From Macrostomum lignano (taxonomy: Eukaryota), in contig NIVC01000068.1 of NCBI GenBank assembly GCA_002269645.1, positions 124,001-188,000 on the forward strand: a stretch of 64,000 bases of DNA, given 5' to 3'. Position 1 is the first letter of the stretch, and every line of letters starts with the position of its first letter. Below the pieces are notes generated by a model. It was not told the DNA's origin. It saw only the letters and a list, made by a program, of their open reading frames with translations, and searched no databases. This document shows positions 52,401-64,000 of the stretch, piece after piece. Both the position numbers and the translations under genes were made by a program.

Positions 52401-55400
52401 ATGGAGACCTGGAGAAAGAGGATGGAGACTGGGAGAAAGAGGATGGAGACTGGGAGAAAGAGGATGGAGACCGGGAGAAACAGGATGGAGACTGGGAGAA
52501 AGAGGATGGAGACTGGGAGAAAGAGGATGGAGACCGGGAGAAAGAGGATGGAGACCGGGAGAAAGAGGATGGAGACCAGGAAACTGAGGATGGAGACTGG
52601 GAGAAAGAGGATGGAGACTGGGAGAAAGAGGATGGAGACCGGGAGAAAGAGGATGGAGACCAGGAAACTGAGGATGGAGACTGGGAGAAAGAGGATGGAG
52701 ACTGGGAGAAAGAGGATGGAGACCGGGAGAAAGAGGATGGAGACCAGGAAACTGAGGATGGAGACTGGGAGAAAGATGATAAAGACTGGGAGAAAGAGGA
52801 TGGAGACTGGGGGAAAGAGGATGGAGACCGGGAGACTGAGGATGGAGACTGGGAGAAAGAGGATGGAGACTGGGAGAAAGAGGATGGAGACCGGGGGAAA
52901 GAGGATGGAGACTGGGAGAAAGAGGATGGAGACTGGGAGAAAGAGGATGGAGACCGGGAGAAAGAGGATAAAGACTGGGAGAAAGAGGATGGAGACTGGG
53001 AGAAAGAGGATGGAGACTGGGAGAAAGAGGATGGAGACTGGGAGAAAGAGGATAAAGACTGGGAGAAAGAGGATGGAGACTGGGAGAAAGAGGATGGAGA
53101 CTGGGGGAAAGAGGATGGAGACTGGGAGAAAGATGATGGAGACTGGGAGAAAGAGGATGGAGACTGGGAGAAAGAGGATGGAGACTGGGAGAAAGAGGAT
53201 GGAGACTGGGAGAAAGAGGATGGAGACCGGGAGAAAGAGGATGGAGACTGGGAGAAAGAGGATGGAGACTGGGAGAAAGAGGATAAAGAATGGGAGAAAG
53301 AGGATGGAGACTGGGAGAAAGAGGATGGAGACTGGGAGAAAGAGGATGGAGACCCGGAGAAAGAGGATGGAGACCGGGAGAAAGAGGATGGAGACCGGGA
53401 GAAAGAGGATGGAGACTGGGAGAAAGAGGATGGAGACTGGGAGAAAGAGGATGGAGACCGGGAGAAAGAGGATGGAGACTGGGAGAAAGAGGATGGAGAC
53501 CGGGAGAAAGAGGATGGAGACTGGGAGAAGCAGAGGGAGAAGACTTGAAAAAGCAAGAAAATAAATACTGGAAAAGGAGGAAGACTGGGAGTCTGGTAGC
53601 CGCGAATAAAGAAGAATTGGGATATTGTAGAAATAGAGAAAGATAGAGTAGGCACAGAGACAGATGGAGCAGAAAGAGGGATACATACAGTAGACAGAGT
53701 GGTAGATGTAGTAGGCAGAGAGATAGATTGAGTAGACAGAGGGATAGATGGAGTAGAAAGAGAGATATATTAAGTAGACAAAGAGATAGATGGAGTAGTC
53801 GGAGGAATAGATAGAATAGACAGGGTGATGGATAGAATAGACAAAAGCACAGCACAAGGCAGGACACACAAAAAACTGACACTATTTCAATATGATTTAA
53901 TAATCAAACATTGAAGTACAAACATTAGTTAGAAGATAAAAAATTCTTCAACATTTTCTTCAACAAAGCTGAATCCCATTTCAGAATATCGCCGTGACAT
54001 TGGTTTCCCCAATTGTGACTCCGTGCGAGGGGTCCACCAGACCCCATCCCAGCCAATAGGAATCCAGCTAGGGGGCAATCTGTAGTATACCGCACCCCTC
54101 CCAGCCAATAGGAATCCAGCTAGGGGGCAATCTGTATACCGCACCCCTCCCAGCCAATAGGAATCCAGCTAGGAGCAATCTGTATACCGCACCCCTCCCA
54201 GCCAATGACAGCCAGACTGTAAACTTTATATAATCGAGACAACTTTTTCCATCTCAGTCGATCAATCAATCAGCAGTAGAAGCAGTTCTACTAGAAGAAG
54301 ATCGTGGAAGCCATCTATACGGAGGTAAGTCTTAATTCCATCTTAAGCCTATTATGGCGCTTTCTAGTCCAACGTGTCTCATTATTAGTGCCCGTTGTAC
54401 TAAAGAGTGGTCCATAACAAAGCTTATTAATCGACTGCTTTATTATACTTTCATTACAAATAAGGCGCTTTATAAGAACTGCTTCAACTTTCCTTACATT
54501 GTACACGCACTGATTTTATTAGGTGTGTACAAGGTAAGAGTTGGAATAGTCGCCTTGATTCGACGTTTTCAAGATTCTAAATAATCAGTATTAGTGATAC
54601 AGTCAGTTTGGCTAACCATGGTTGCACAAACAAGAGATTTTAAAGCTTGGTGTACATGGGAAGCCTACTGTCTGGTCATTATGAGCAGCACAGTTAATCC
54701 TAATCCCTATACTAAGCGGACAATACTATCGCAGGGTCCTTCTCTGAGTACACGTGAAGGCAAAAGTCATGTGTACAGAGTAAGCGCCCTACGTTATTAT
54801 CCGTTAAGCACCTAGTAACCCCTCATCAAATGCTGGAATAACATTGTGGCGCTTTATAGTCCAACGTGTCAGCTATCAGTGACCGTTTGACTACGAAGCG
54901 GTCACAATGTCATTCCTTAATCGACTGGATCAGCTTGTAAATATTGCAATAGAAATTATAACTCTGTGGCGCTTTATAGTCCAACGTGTCAGATATTAGA
55001 GTCCGGTTAATGACTCGCCGCGACCGTTGTACTACAGAGTGGTCACAGAGTGGTTTCTAAACCAACTGCCCTACCTATCCAAGTTTAAATATGAGTCAAA
55101 TATGGCGCTTTATAGTCCAACGTGTCTGCTATATGATAAAAGTGACCGTTGTACTACAGAGTGGGCTATATTGCAGGCTTGTTGATCAGCGATACTGGAC
55201 CTTAACCCTTATTCATTATATTCAGTACATTGCGCATCATCCATACCGCTTAACATCCAAACTGCTACATCATCTATACCAGTCATTATTTATGATCTAT
55301 ATCATCATCGTCATCAATACCAGCAATCATTTATACCAGTTATATACCAGTACTGCTGGTCATTATTCAAAGTACTGCTAGCCATCATCCATACTGCTCA

Positions 55401-58400
55401 TCATCCAAAGTACTGCTAGTCATCATCCATACTGCTCATCATCCAAAGTACTGCTAGTCATCATCCATACTGCTCATCATCCAAAGTACTGCTAGCCATC
55501 ATCCATACTGCTCATTATCCAAAGTACTGCTAGTCATCATCCATACTGCTCATCATCCAAAGTACTGCTGGTCATCATCCATACTGCTCATCATCCATAC
55601 TGCTCATTATCCAAAGTACTGCTGGTCATCATCCATACTGCTCATCATCCATACTGCTCATTATCCAAAGTACTGCTGGTCATCATCCATACTGCTCATT
55701 ATCCAAAATACTGCTAGTCATCATCCATACTGCTCATTATCCATACTGCTCATTATCCAAAGTACTGCTGGTCATCATCCATACTGCTCATCATCCATAC
55801 TGCTCATCATCCATACTGCTCATTATCCAAAGTACTGCTGGTCATCATCCATACTGCTCATCATCCATACTGCTCATCATCCATACTGCTCATTATCCAA
55901 AGTACTGCTGGTCATCATCCATACAGCTCATCATCCATACTGCTCATTATCCAAAGTACTGCTGGTCATCATCCATACTGCTCATTATCCAAAGTACTGC
56001 TGGTCATCATCCATACTGCTCATTATCCATACTGCTCATTATCCAAAGTACTGCTGGTCATCATCCATACTGCTCATCATCCATACTGCTCATTATCCAA
56101 AGTACTGCTGGTCATCATCCATACTGCTCATCATCCATACTGCTCATCATCCATACTGCTCATCATCCATACTGCTCATTATCCAAAGTACTGCTGGTCA
56201 TCATCCATACTGCTCATCATCCATACTGCTCATTATCCAAAGTACTGCTGGTCATCATCCATACTGCTCATTATCCTAAGTACTGCTAGTCATCATCCAT
56301 ACTGCTCATTATCTAAAGTACTGCTAGTCATCATCCATACTGCTCATTATCCAAAGTACTGCTAGTCATCATCCATACTGCTCATTATCCATACTGCTCA
56401 TCATCCATACTGCTCATTATCCTAAGTACTGCTAGTCATCATCCATACTGCTCATTATCCAAAGTACTGCTGGTCATCATCCATACTGCTCATCATTCAT
56501 ACTGCTGGTCATCATCCATACTGCTCATCATCCATACTGCTCATCATCCATACTGCTGGTCATCATCCATACTGCTCATCATCCATACTGCTCATCATCC
56601 ATACTGCTGGTCATCATCCATACTGCTCATCATCCATACTGCTCATCATCCATACTGCTCATTATCCAAAGTACTGCTGGTCATCATCCATACTGCTCAT
56701 TATCCAAAGTACTGCTAGTCATCATCCATACTGCTCATTATCCATACTGCTCATTATCCAAAGTACTGCTGGTCATCATCCATACTGCTCATCATCCATA
56801 CTGCTCATTATCCAAAGTACTGCTGGTCATCATCCATACTGCTCATCATCCATACTGCTCATCATCCATACTGCTCATCATCCATACTGCTCATTATCCA
56901 AAGTACTGCTGGTCATCATCCATACTGCTCATCATCCATACTGCTCATTATCCAAAGTACTGCTGGTCATCATCCATACTGCTCATTATCCTAAGTACTG
57001 CTAGTCATCATCCATACTGCTCATTATCTAAAGTACTGCTAGTCATCATCCATACTGCTCATTATCCAAAGTACTGCTAGTCATCATCCATACTGCTCAT
57101 TATCCATACTGCTCATCATCCATACTGCTCATTATCCTAAGTACTGCTAGTCATCATCCATACTGCTCATTATCCATACTGCTCATTATCCAAAGTACTG
57201 CTGGTCATCATCCATACTGCTCATCATCCATACTGCTGGTCATCATCCATACTGCTCATCATCCATACTGCTCATCATCCATACTGCTGGTCATCATCCA
57301 TACTGCTCATCATCCATACTGCTCATCATCCATACTGCTGGTCATCATCCATACTGCTCATCATCCATACTGCTCATCATCCATACTGCTCATTATCCAA
57401 AGTACTGCTAGTCATCATCCATACTGCTCATTATCCATACTGCTCATTATCCTAAGTACTGCTGGTCATCATCCATACTGCTCATCATCCATACTGCTGA
57501 TTATCCTAAGTACTGCTAGTCATTAACCATACTGCTCATTATCCTAAGTACTGCTGGTCATCATCCATACTGCTCATTATCCAAAGTACTGCTAGTCATC
57601 ATCTATACTGCTCATCATCATCCATACTGCTAGTCATCATCCATACTGCTAGTCATTATCCATACTGCTCATTATCCATACTGCTCATTATCCAAAGTAC
57701 TGCTGGTCATCATCCATACTGCTCATCATCCATACTGCTCATTATCCATACTGCTCATTATCCAAAGTACTGCTAGTCATCATCCATACTGCTCATCATC
57801 CATACTGCTCATTATCCATACTGCTCATTATCCAAAGTACTGCTAGTCATCATCCATACTGCTCATTATCCAAAGTACTGCTGGTCATCATCCATACTGC
57901 TCATTATCCTAAGTACTGCTGGTCATCATCCATACTGCTGATTATCCTAAGTACTGCTAGTCATTAACCATACTGCTAGTCATCATCTATAACCATACTG
58001 CTCATTATTTATACTGCTTAGATCCAACATAAGCCAACATAAGCCAACATAAGATCCAACTTAGATCCATCCAACACACTACCCAAAATTTACCGTAATC
58101 CTACTAATGATTTGCGAAGTAAAACGAACAGTCTCGCGTTGTTTGTGCGAAAATTTCAAATTCATCGAATAATACCGACGAAAATAATCGTGACACCGCT
58201 CTAGAAAACGGAAACAAAGTACATTAACTCCTACTAATGAAAGTAGTAAAAAGCGTTAAAAATAACAAGGGAGGTTGCACGGGCTCAGATGCTTACAACA
58301 AGGGTGTGCCTAGCGCTGGCTATGTAGCTATTTAAGGTGGTCACTCGCTCCTCTTCTAAGAATTTCCTTCGCATGTTTTTGTACACAACAGTGCGCAAAT

Positions 58401-61400
58401 AGAAATTGTTAGCTTCTGTAAGTGAAATTGAGATTTTCATGACTGTTTATTATAAATAATAGTTTAAAACCACAGGGTCTCTCATTGACAGATACACATT
58501 TTCTAGAAATTATAATGAACACGTGACATTATGGACTGCCATAACTATCATATGGATGGAAGTCTTATTCCTACCACTGATACTAAACTAACTAGATACG
58601 CCACCCAGGCATCGTAGTGATTTAGTAAAACAGCTTTCTACTTTCAGTAGCAAATAAGAATACATAAGCTATTTTATAAAAATTAAGGCAGCTGAAGTGA
58701 CTTTGATAAGTTTGCAGCTTGCTAATTGGTTCAGCAATAATGTACATTGGCCAGTCCACTTGAAATGTACATAGCAGCTGTAGGCTGGAATTCCGATAAT
58801 AAAAATTAGGGCGGGGCGGGGTGGTAGTGGGAAAGGCGCGGTTGGAGGGTTCAAGCTGGGGGGGGGGGGTAAGGGCTTAAAAATTCATAAAAATGCGTCT
58901 AAGCTACTACTACTAAACTGAAAGTAGCTTACACGCGAATCAGCCAATCTAGTTTCTTTCTATGTGCGGATGTCTATGGTCGAATTTACGGCCAAATGTC
59001 TATGGTCTAAAGCCAAAGCTATCTAACAAGCAGCATTATTTCATCTCACACTGAAAGTGGCCACGCGTGTATTCAATAACGAATGTAGCTTCCGTTCTCT
59101 GGCCAAAGCTGAATGAGATTGTTTCAATGATTTGAAGAAATTGTACTGAAAATATCGCTTAGATGAGTCTGTAATGTGTCAATTTTTCGTAACGCAATAA
59201 ATAGCTATTTAATTTACAATTTACTATGAGTCAATTCGATTCTTAGAAACTTAGAAATTAAGGCCTGAATAGAACACTGCAGGGTTTTTTAAACTTGAAG
59301 ATGTTTTCGACACTACTTATAGTAAAATGTTATAGCAAACTTCCATTTCCAAGAAAACTTTAAAAAGTGTAATTAGCAGTAAATTAAGAGTTGACTTGCG
59401 TACTGAATAAGTGTTGATAAGCTTATTGGATTTCAATCGATTAGCTTCCAACGAATAGGACTTCCTTAGCGTGTCTCTATAGTAAGTGCCGGTGTACTTT
59501 TGAATGGCGACTGTAAGCAAAAGTGTATAACAATGTATAAATATTTTGTTAAAGTACTTTAGGCGCCCACGATTATTAAAATACTGAAGAGGATGCTGCA
59601 GGTCTAAATAAATCCCTTAGATTAATCTCAACTCCCCATAGATAAAAAAGATAAAATTTTTAATTACAAATATTTTCTGCATATTTGAGCTGAGATTTTT
59701 GTTTAACTGCGTTGTACGAAATTTGCACTTCAAATTGTGATCAAAGTGATAGCGCATGTACTTCAGTGCCGGCTCTAAAAGGGTGTATAAATTAAAAAAA
59801 ATTGCACACTGTCTAATGATCAAATGATTAGAATTTCTTGAACAAAGACTGTTGCAGAGATTTGTAATATTGAATGAATTTAATTACAAAAATTTGATGC
59901 ATTTTCATCCTGGCCAAGGTTTGCTTGTTTCGAAATTTCAAATCCCTATAGTAGACAGTCAGGTATTTGAAACCAGCTTCTAAAATAAAAATAAATTTTC
60001 ATAAATCTATTTAATATCCTAGTGAACTGTGTAGTTATTATTCAATCAAATTACAGTCTGCTCAAGGACGGAGCGTGGAGCTTTAATGAACGATTTCTAC
60101 AAACAGCAGCTTATACTTACCAACGACTGTCTCAGCTGCCTCATCACCGAGGCCCCAGCATCAATAGTCTTCTGCCGATATTTCAAATAAGTACTGTAGT
60201 AGTTTCTCAAATATTTCGATGCTAAGTCTATAAAGCATTGTTTTCGTTATGTTTTTAAATACAATTTTCGTATGCAGAAGCAGAATCCATTATCTTAGAA
60301 AATAACAACAGCTCAATTGCCAAAGGTTTCAGCAACAATGATTAACTTACAAACACAGAGTAGAATCGGTTTTTAGCCCTGCTTCGATTGTAATCCGATT
60401 TTAAGAAACCGTAATACCAACTATTCAGGTATTTAATACCTAGGCCTGATCGATTATAAATAGAGACTGTGCACATTATATAAAAATGAGGATGTTTAAA
60501 AAAATGGGAAAAGCCATTTCAGGGCCAAATATTCTCTAGTTTATTGACCACAAGCAAGAAATTTTGAAAGTATTACGCTTGTAAAGTTTAATTAGTTAAT
60601 TAATGCATAGTTGCGACAAAAACGTGAGCAATTTTGACCATTCAATCCTGGTCATGTTTTACAGTCCCAGCACAAACACTACAATATATAGTCTGAAACT
60701 TTCTTAACTTTCCCAAACTCTGTCTCAATGAGAGAGCCCTGCAACGTCCTTTCACAATTGAGGCGCATAAATAATAATAATCGGAATTTTATGTGAAATA
60801 TGCTACTGGTTTGCTTTACAAGTAGAATTAAACGAATATTGCAACAATATTTAAAAAGGAGCAGAACTTACTGGTCCAGGCAGCGATGTTAGTGGGCTTG
60901 TAGCTAGTGATTTGCAAAGCTTTGTCAATTACTTTCTTGGCGGCCTCCATGTTAACAGGGGCGGAGTAGGGCAGGGAGAAGTCGAATACGTTTGAACCGG
61001 TTTCGTCTTTGAGCTGGCGGTAGGCTTTGCGGAGTATGCCCTGGGATTAGTAGGATATTGGTATGGTAGGATTGTTTGATTTTTAGATGCTTAATTATGC
61101 TTTTGGACGAATACGAACGTACTTTACATCGAAGGTCTGTGAGTGTGACAGGCCCATAGCAACCGAGGATCTGTGAGTGTGACAGGACCATAGCAACTGT
61201 GGATTTGTCAGTGTGACAGGCCCATAGCAACCTAGGATCTGAGTGTGACAGGCCAATAGCAACCTAGGATCTGTGAGTGTGACAGGCCAATAGCAACCTA
61301 GGATCTGTGAGTGTGACAGGCCCATAGCAACCGAGGATTTGTGAGTGTGACAGGGCCATAGCAACTGAGGATTTGTGAGTGTGATAGACCCATAGCAACC

Positions 61401-62273
61401 GAGGATCTGTGAGTGTGACAGGTCCATAGCAACTGAGGATTTGTGAGTGTGACAGGCCCATAGCAACCGAATATCTGTGAGTGTGACAGGCCCACAGCAA
61501 CCGAAGATCTGAGTGTGACAGGCCCATAGCAACCGAATATCTGTGAGTGTGACAGGCCCATAGCAACCGAATATCTGAGTGTGACAGGCCCATAGCAACC
61601 GAAGATCTGTGAGTGTGACAGGCCCATAGCAACCGAAGATCTGTGAGTGTGACAGGCCCATAGCAACCGCCAGATAGCCCCCTACCTTCCACTCAGCAGA
61701 CAGTTCGCCAGTATCGCTAAGGTCTCCGCCGCTTGTCCTGGCAATCTTTGCCGGGCTACCAGCCGACGCACCGAAGGCGGCGCCGCTGCCGCCCGGAGCG
61801 CCGACAATGTCAAAACTGCCGAACATGCTGCCGCTAGCGTCGTCGTCCAGAATCTGACAATCGTCATCAGAGTTGTACTCTCGTTTTAATGAGCCGGCCG
61901 ACATAAAGTCGGCGACAGCGCCGCTACTTGACGGCTGCTGCTGCATCTTCATAGCCGAGTTGCCGCCTCGCGATCCAGATGATCCAATATTCGCCGTCGG
62001 CGGAGGCGGAGGCGGCGGACATCTGGCGTGAGCATCGGCCGTGTCGGCAATCCTGACAAATTGCGGTTCCATAGCTTCGACTAGATGAGAATTCAATTGG
62101 GTGACGATTTTGAAAGCGACCATCAGATCTCTGGCAGCCATGCTGTCAATCAGCATAGTGGCATTAGTGATGGTGCACTCGAACAGTGTCAAAGGCGAGA
62201 ATGCGCCTCCGCCGCCTGCGCCACCGCCGGCACCCATCTGCTGCGGAGTCATCATAGCAATGCTGGCCGCCAT
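46417..62273 (-). CDS. DUF4616/C14orf93-like protein, paralogue B, 4 exons, ~401 aa
   Basis: Exons 62273-61686, 61040-60872, 58415-58297, 46746-46417 (phases 0,1,0 as in A; GT-AG). Exon 2 GILRKAYRQLKDETGSNVFDFSLPYSAPVNME matches A ALLRECYKELKGTGPHLFKLNLPFTHALNVE; last exon KLNRRQKA...FTSSDEE...LPWES...LD...SSRPPP...WA. Intron 3 is ~11.5 kb. Confidence 0.78.
46810..48485. repeat. 33-bp minisatellite (CATCCTGAAGTGACCCTGAAGCTTATTGATACT) with 30-bp variants
   Basis: 11-codon period visible in both-strand translations. Confidence 0.97.
48713..49025. repeat. 32-bp minisatellite (CTGAAAGCAACTCAGAGATGGGAGACAGAAGA)
   Basis: CTGAAAG at 32-bp spacing. Confidence 0.92.
49588..50140. repeat. 21-bp minisatellite (GACACATGAATGACAGACTGA)
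   Basis: 21-bp period. Confidence 0.92.
50625..51400. repeat. Pyrimidine-rich low-complexity tract (TCTCCTCTCTTA-like)
   Basis: Direct reading. Confidence 0.9.
52245..53530. repeat. 21-bp purine-rich minisatellite (GAGACTGGGAGAAAGAGGATG)
   Basis: 7-codon period. Confidence 0.96.
54040..54330 (+). promoter_or_regulatory. Candidate Pol II promoter plus short non-coding first exon, antisense within intron 3 of paralogue B
   Basis: Four AGCCAAT boxes at 52/49/48-bp spacing, TATATAA 54227-54233, initiator TCAGTC with A at 54256, donor GAG|GTAAGT at 54325. Confidence 0.5.
55365..58075. repeat. Composite 16-bp/22-bp minisatellite (CATCATCCATACTGCT / CATTATCCAAAGTACTGCTGGT)
   Basis: Two related units interleaved over 2.7 kb. 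Confidence 0.96.
61138..61668. repeat. 32/34-bp minisatellite in intron 1 of paralogue B
   Basis: GTGTGACAGG at 32/34-bp spacing. Confidence 0.94.
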
Positions 62274-62444
62274 TTGCTTTGCTTTGCTGGTAGTGGGAAA
62301 TTATTAAATTCTGCGTGTATCTTTCAAATTCGATTATTGATCAGCTTGTTATTGAGGCGAGGCACGCTTCAGAACGCTGCTTGTTGCTAATGCAGAAATG
62401 CGAATTTATTTGTTTTATTAAACTCGAAACAGTGCAATTGGAGA

Positions 62445-63392
62445 TTCACTCTGACTTGGATAGAAATTCACTCTGACTTGGATAGAGATTCACTCTGACT
62501 TGGATAGAGATTCACTCTGACTTGGATAGAGATTCACTCTGACTTGGATAGAGATTCACTCTGACTTGGATAGAGATTCACTCTGACTTGGATAGAGATT
62601 CACTCTGACTTGGATAGAGATTCACTCTGACTTAGATAGAGATTCACTCTGACTTAGATAGAGATTCACCCTGACTTGGATAGAGATTCACTCTGATTTG
62701 GATAGAGATTCTCCCTGACTTGGATAGATATTCACTCTGACTTGGATAGAGATTCACTCTGACTTGGATAGAGATTCTCCCTGACTTGGATAGAGATTCA
62801 CTCTGACTTGGATAGAGATTCACTCTGACTTGGATAGAGATTCTCCCTGACTTGGATAGAGATTCACTCTGACTTGGATAGAGATTCACTCTGACTTGGA
62901 TAGAGATTCACTCTGACTTGGATAGAGATTCACTCTGACTTGGATAGAGATTCTCCCTGACTTGGATAGAGATTCACTCTGACTTGGATAGAGATTCACT
63001 CTGACTTGGATAGAGATTCACTCTGACTTGGATAGAGATTCACTCTGACTTGGATAGAGATTCACTCTGACTTGGATAGAGATTCACTCTGACTTGGATA
63101 GAGATTCACCCTGACTTGGATAGAGATTCACTCTGACTTGGATAGAGATTCACTCTGACTAGATAATGGAGAGTCACTCTGACTAGATAATGGAGAGTCA
63201 CTCTGACTAGATAATGGAGAGTCACTCTGACTAGATAATGGAGAGTCACTCTGACTAGATAATGGAGAGTCACTCTGACTAGATAATGGAGAGTCACTCT
63301 GACTAGATAATGGAGAGACACTCTGACTAGATAATGGAGAGTCACTCTGACTAGATAATGGAGAGTCACTCTGACTCTGATAATAGAGTCAC
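62445..63392. repeat. 22-bp minisatellite (TTCACTCTGACTTGGATAGAGA) switching to a related 24-bp unit
   Basis: Direct reading. Confidence 0.95.
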
Positions 63393-63829
63393 TCTCATAA
63401 TCAAGGGCAGTCAATTACAACTAAGTTCTGCAGGGTTCCAAAAAAACAGTGCTAAAGTCACCGATAAACTGCCGAATGAAAACAGATTATATTCATAATT
63501 TCAACAAACTTATGGAACAATAGGCATATTAAATATAGTATATGAGAAAAATAATAAAACCTCCGCATATTATAGACAATTGCATCAGAATAATTCAACA
63601 TTGATTGGTAAACAAGAATCTGTTAGTTACAACTAAATAAAAATCATAAGCGACATATTATTTTTCACAGAGCACAATTTCACTTCGATAAATTGCAAAC
63701 TTATAAATCAATACGTTGTGTCCGTGCGGTTCTACTAAATTAAAGTTATTGAGGAAAATAACTAAAACAACAACTAGCAGGGCGGCATACCTGCACACAA
63801 AAGCCATTTACTTCAAACATTACCATTAC

Positions 63830-64000
63830 CTACAAACTGCCAATTTCAACCCACAAACTGCCAATTTCAACCCACAAACTGCCAATTTCAACCCACAAAC
63901 TGCAAATTTCAACCCACAAACTGCCAATTTCAACCCACAAACTGCAAATTTCAACCTACAAACTGCCAACTTCAACCTACAAACTGCCAATTTCAACCTA
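63830..64000. repeat. 21-bp minisatellite (AAACTGCCAATTTCAACCCAC), runs off the window
   Basis: CAATTT at 21-bp spacing. Confidence 0.92.

Noticed and set aside
52097-53882. 400-590 aa repetitive ORFs
   Set aside because: Translations of a 21-bp array, open in many frames.
54355-55165. CRISPR array, tRNA or tRNA-Lys primer-binding site reading of the four-copy motif
   Set aside because: Eukaryotic context, irregular spacing, no cas genes; an A-box-like string exists on the minus strand but no B box or cloverleaf; the PBS match needs an 8-nt insertion.
60022-60225. Possible + strand exon downstream of the nested promoter
   Set aside because: Only short unrecognisable peptides; nothing links it to the donor at 54325.

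Overview
Eukaryotic (invertebrate animal) genomic DNA; roughly half is locus-specific mini/microsatellite, a style resembling Macrostomum-type flatworms (inference; species cannot be determined). Most long ORFs in the track are translated repeats. Genes reconstructed by hand with GT-AG introns and consistent phases: a 2-exon DHHC palmitoyltransferase (+) with a 4.4-kb minisatellite intron; a 2-exon orphan 2-TM protein (-); a single-exon secreted RFamide precursor with a myosuppressin-like Cys pair (+); two tandem 4-exon i-type lysozymes (+); two tandem 4-exon paralogues (-) with a DUF4616/C14orf93-like C-terminus and a shared unrecognised N-terminal domain. Mobile DNA: a CpG-decayed RTE-like non-LTR retrotransposon holding a younger hAT MITE and a 64-nt 28S-rRNA-like fragment at the R2 target site; an internally deleted mariner; further small MITEs. 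Also a TAGGCCTA-rich, CpG-poor ~7-kb domain and a possible nested antisense promoter followed by a four-copy bipartite motif. No CRISPR array, tRNA or full rRNA gene seen. All comparisons to known families are from memory, not database searches.
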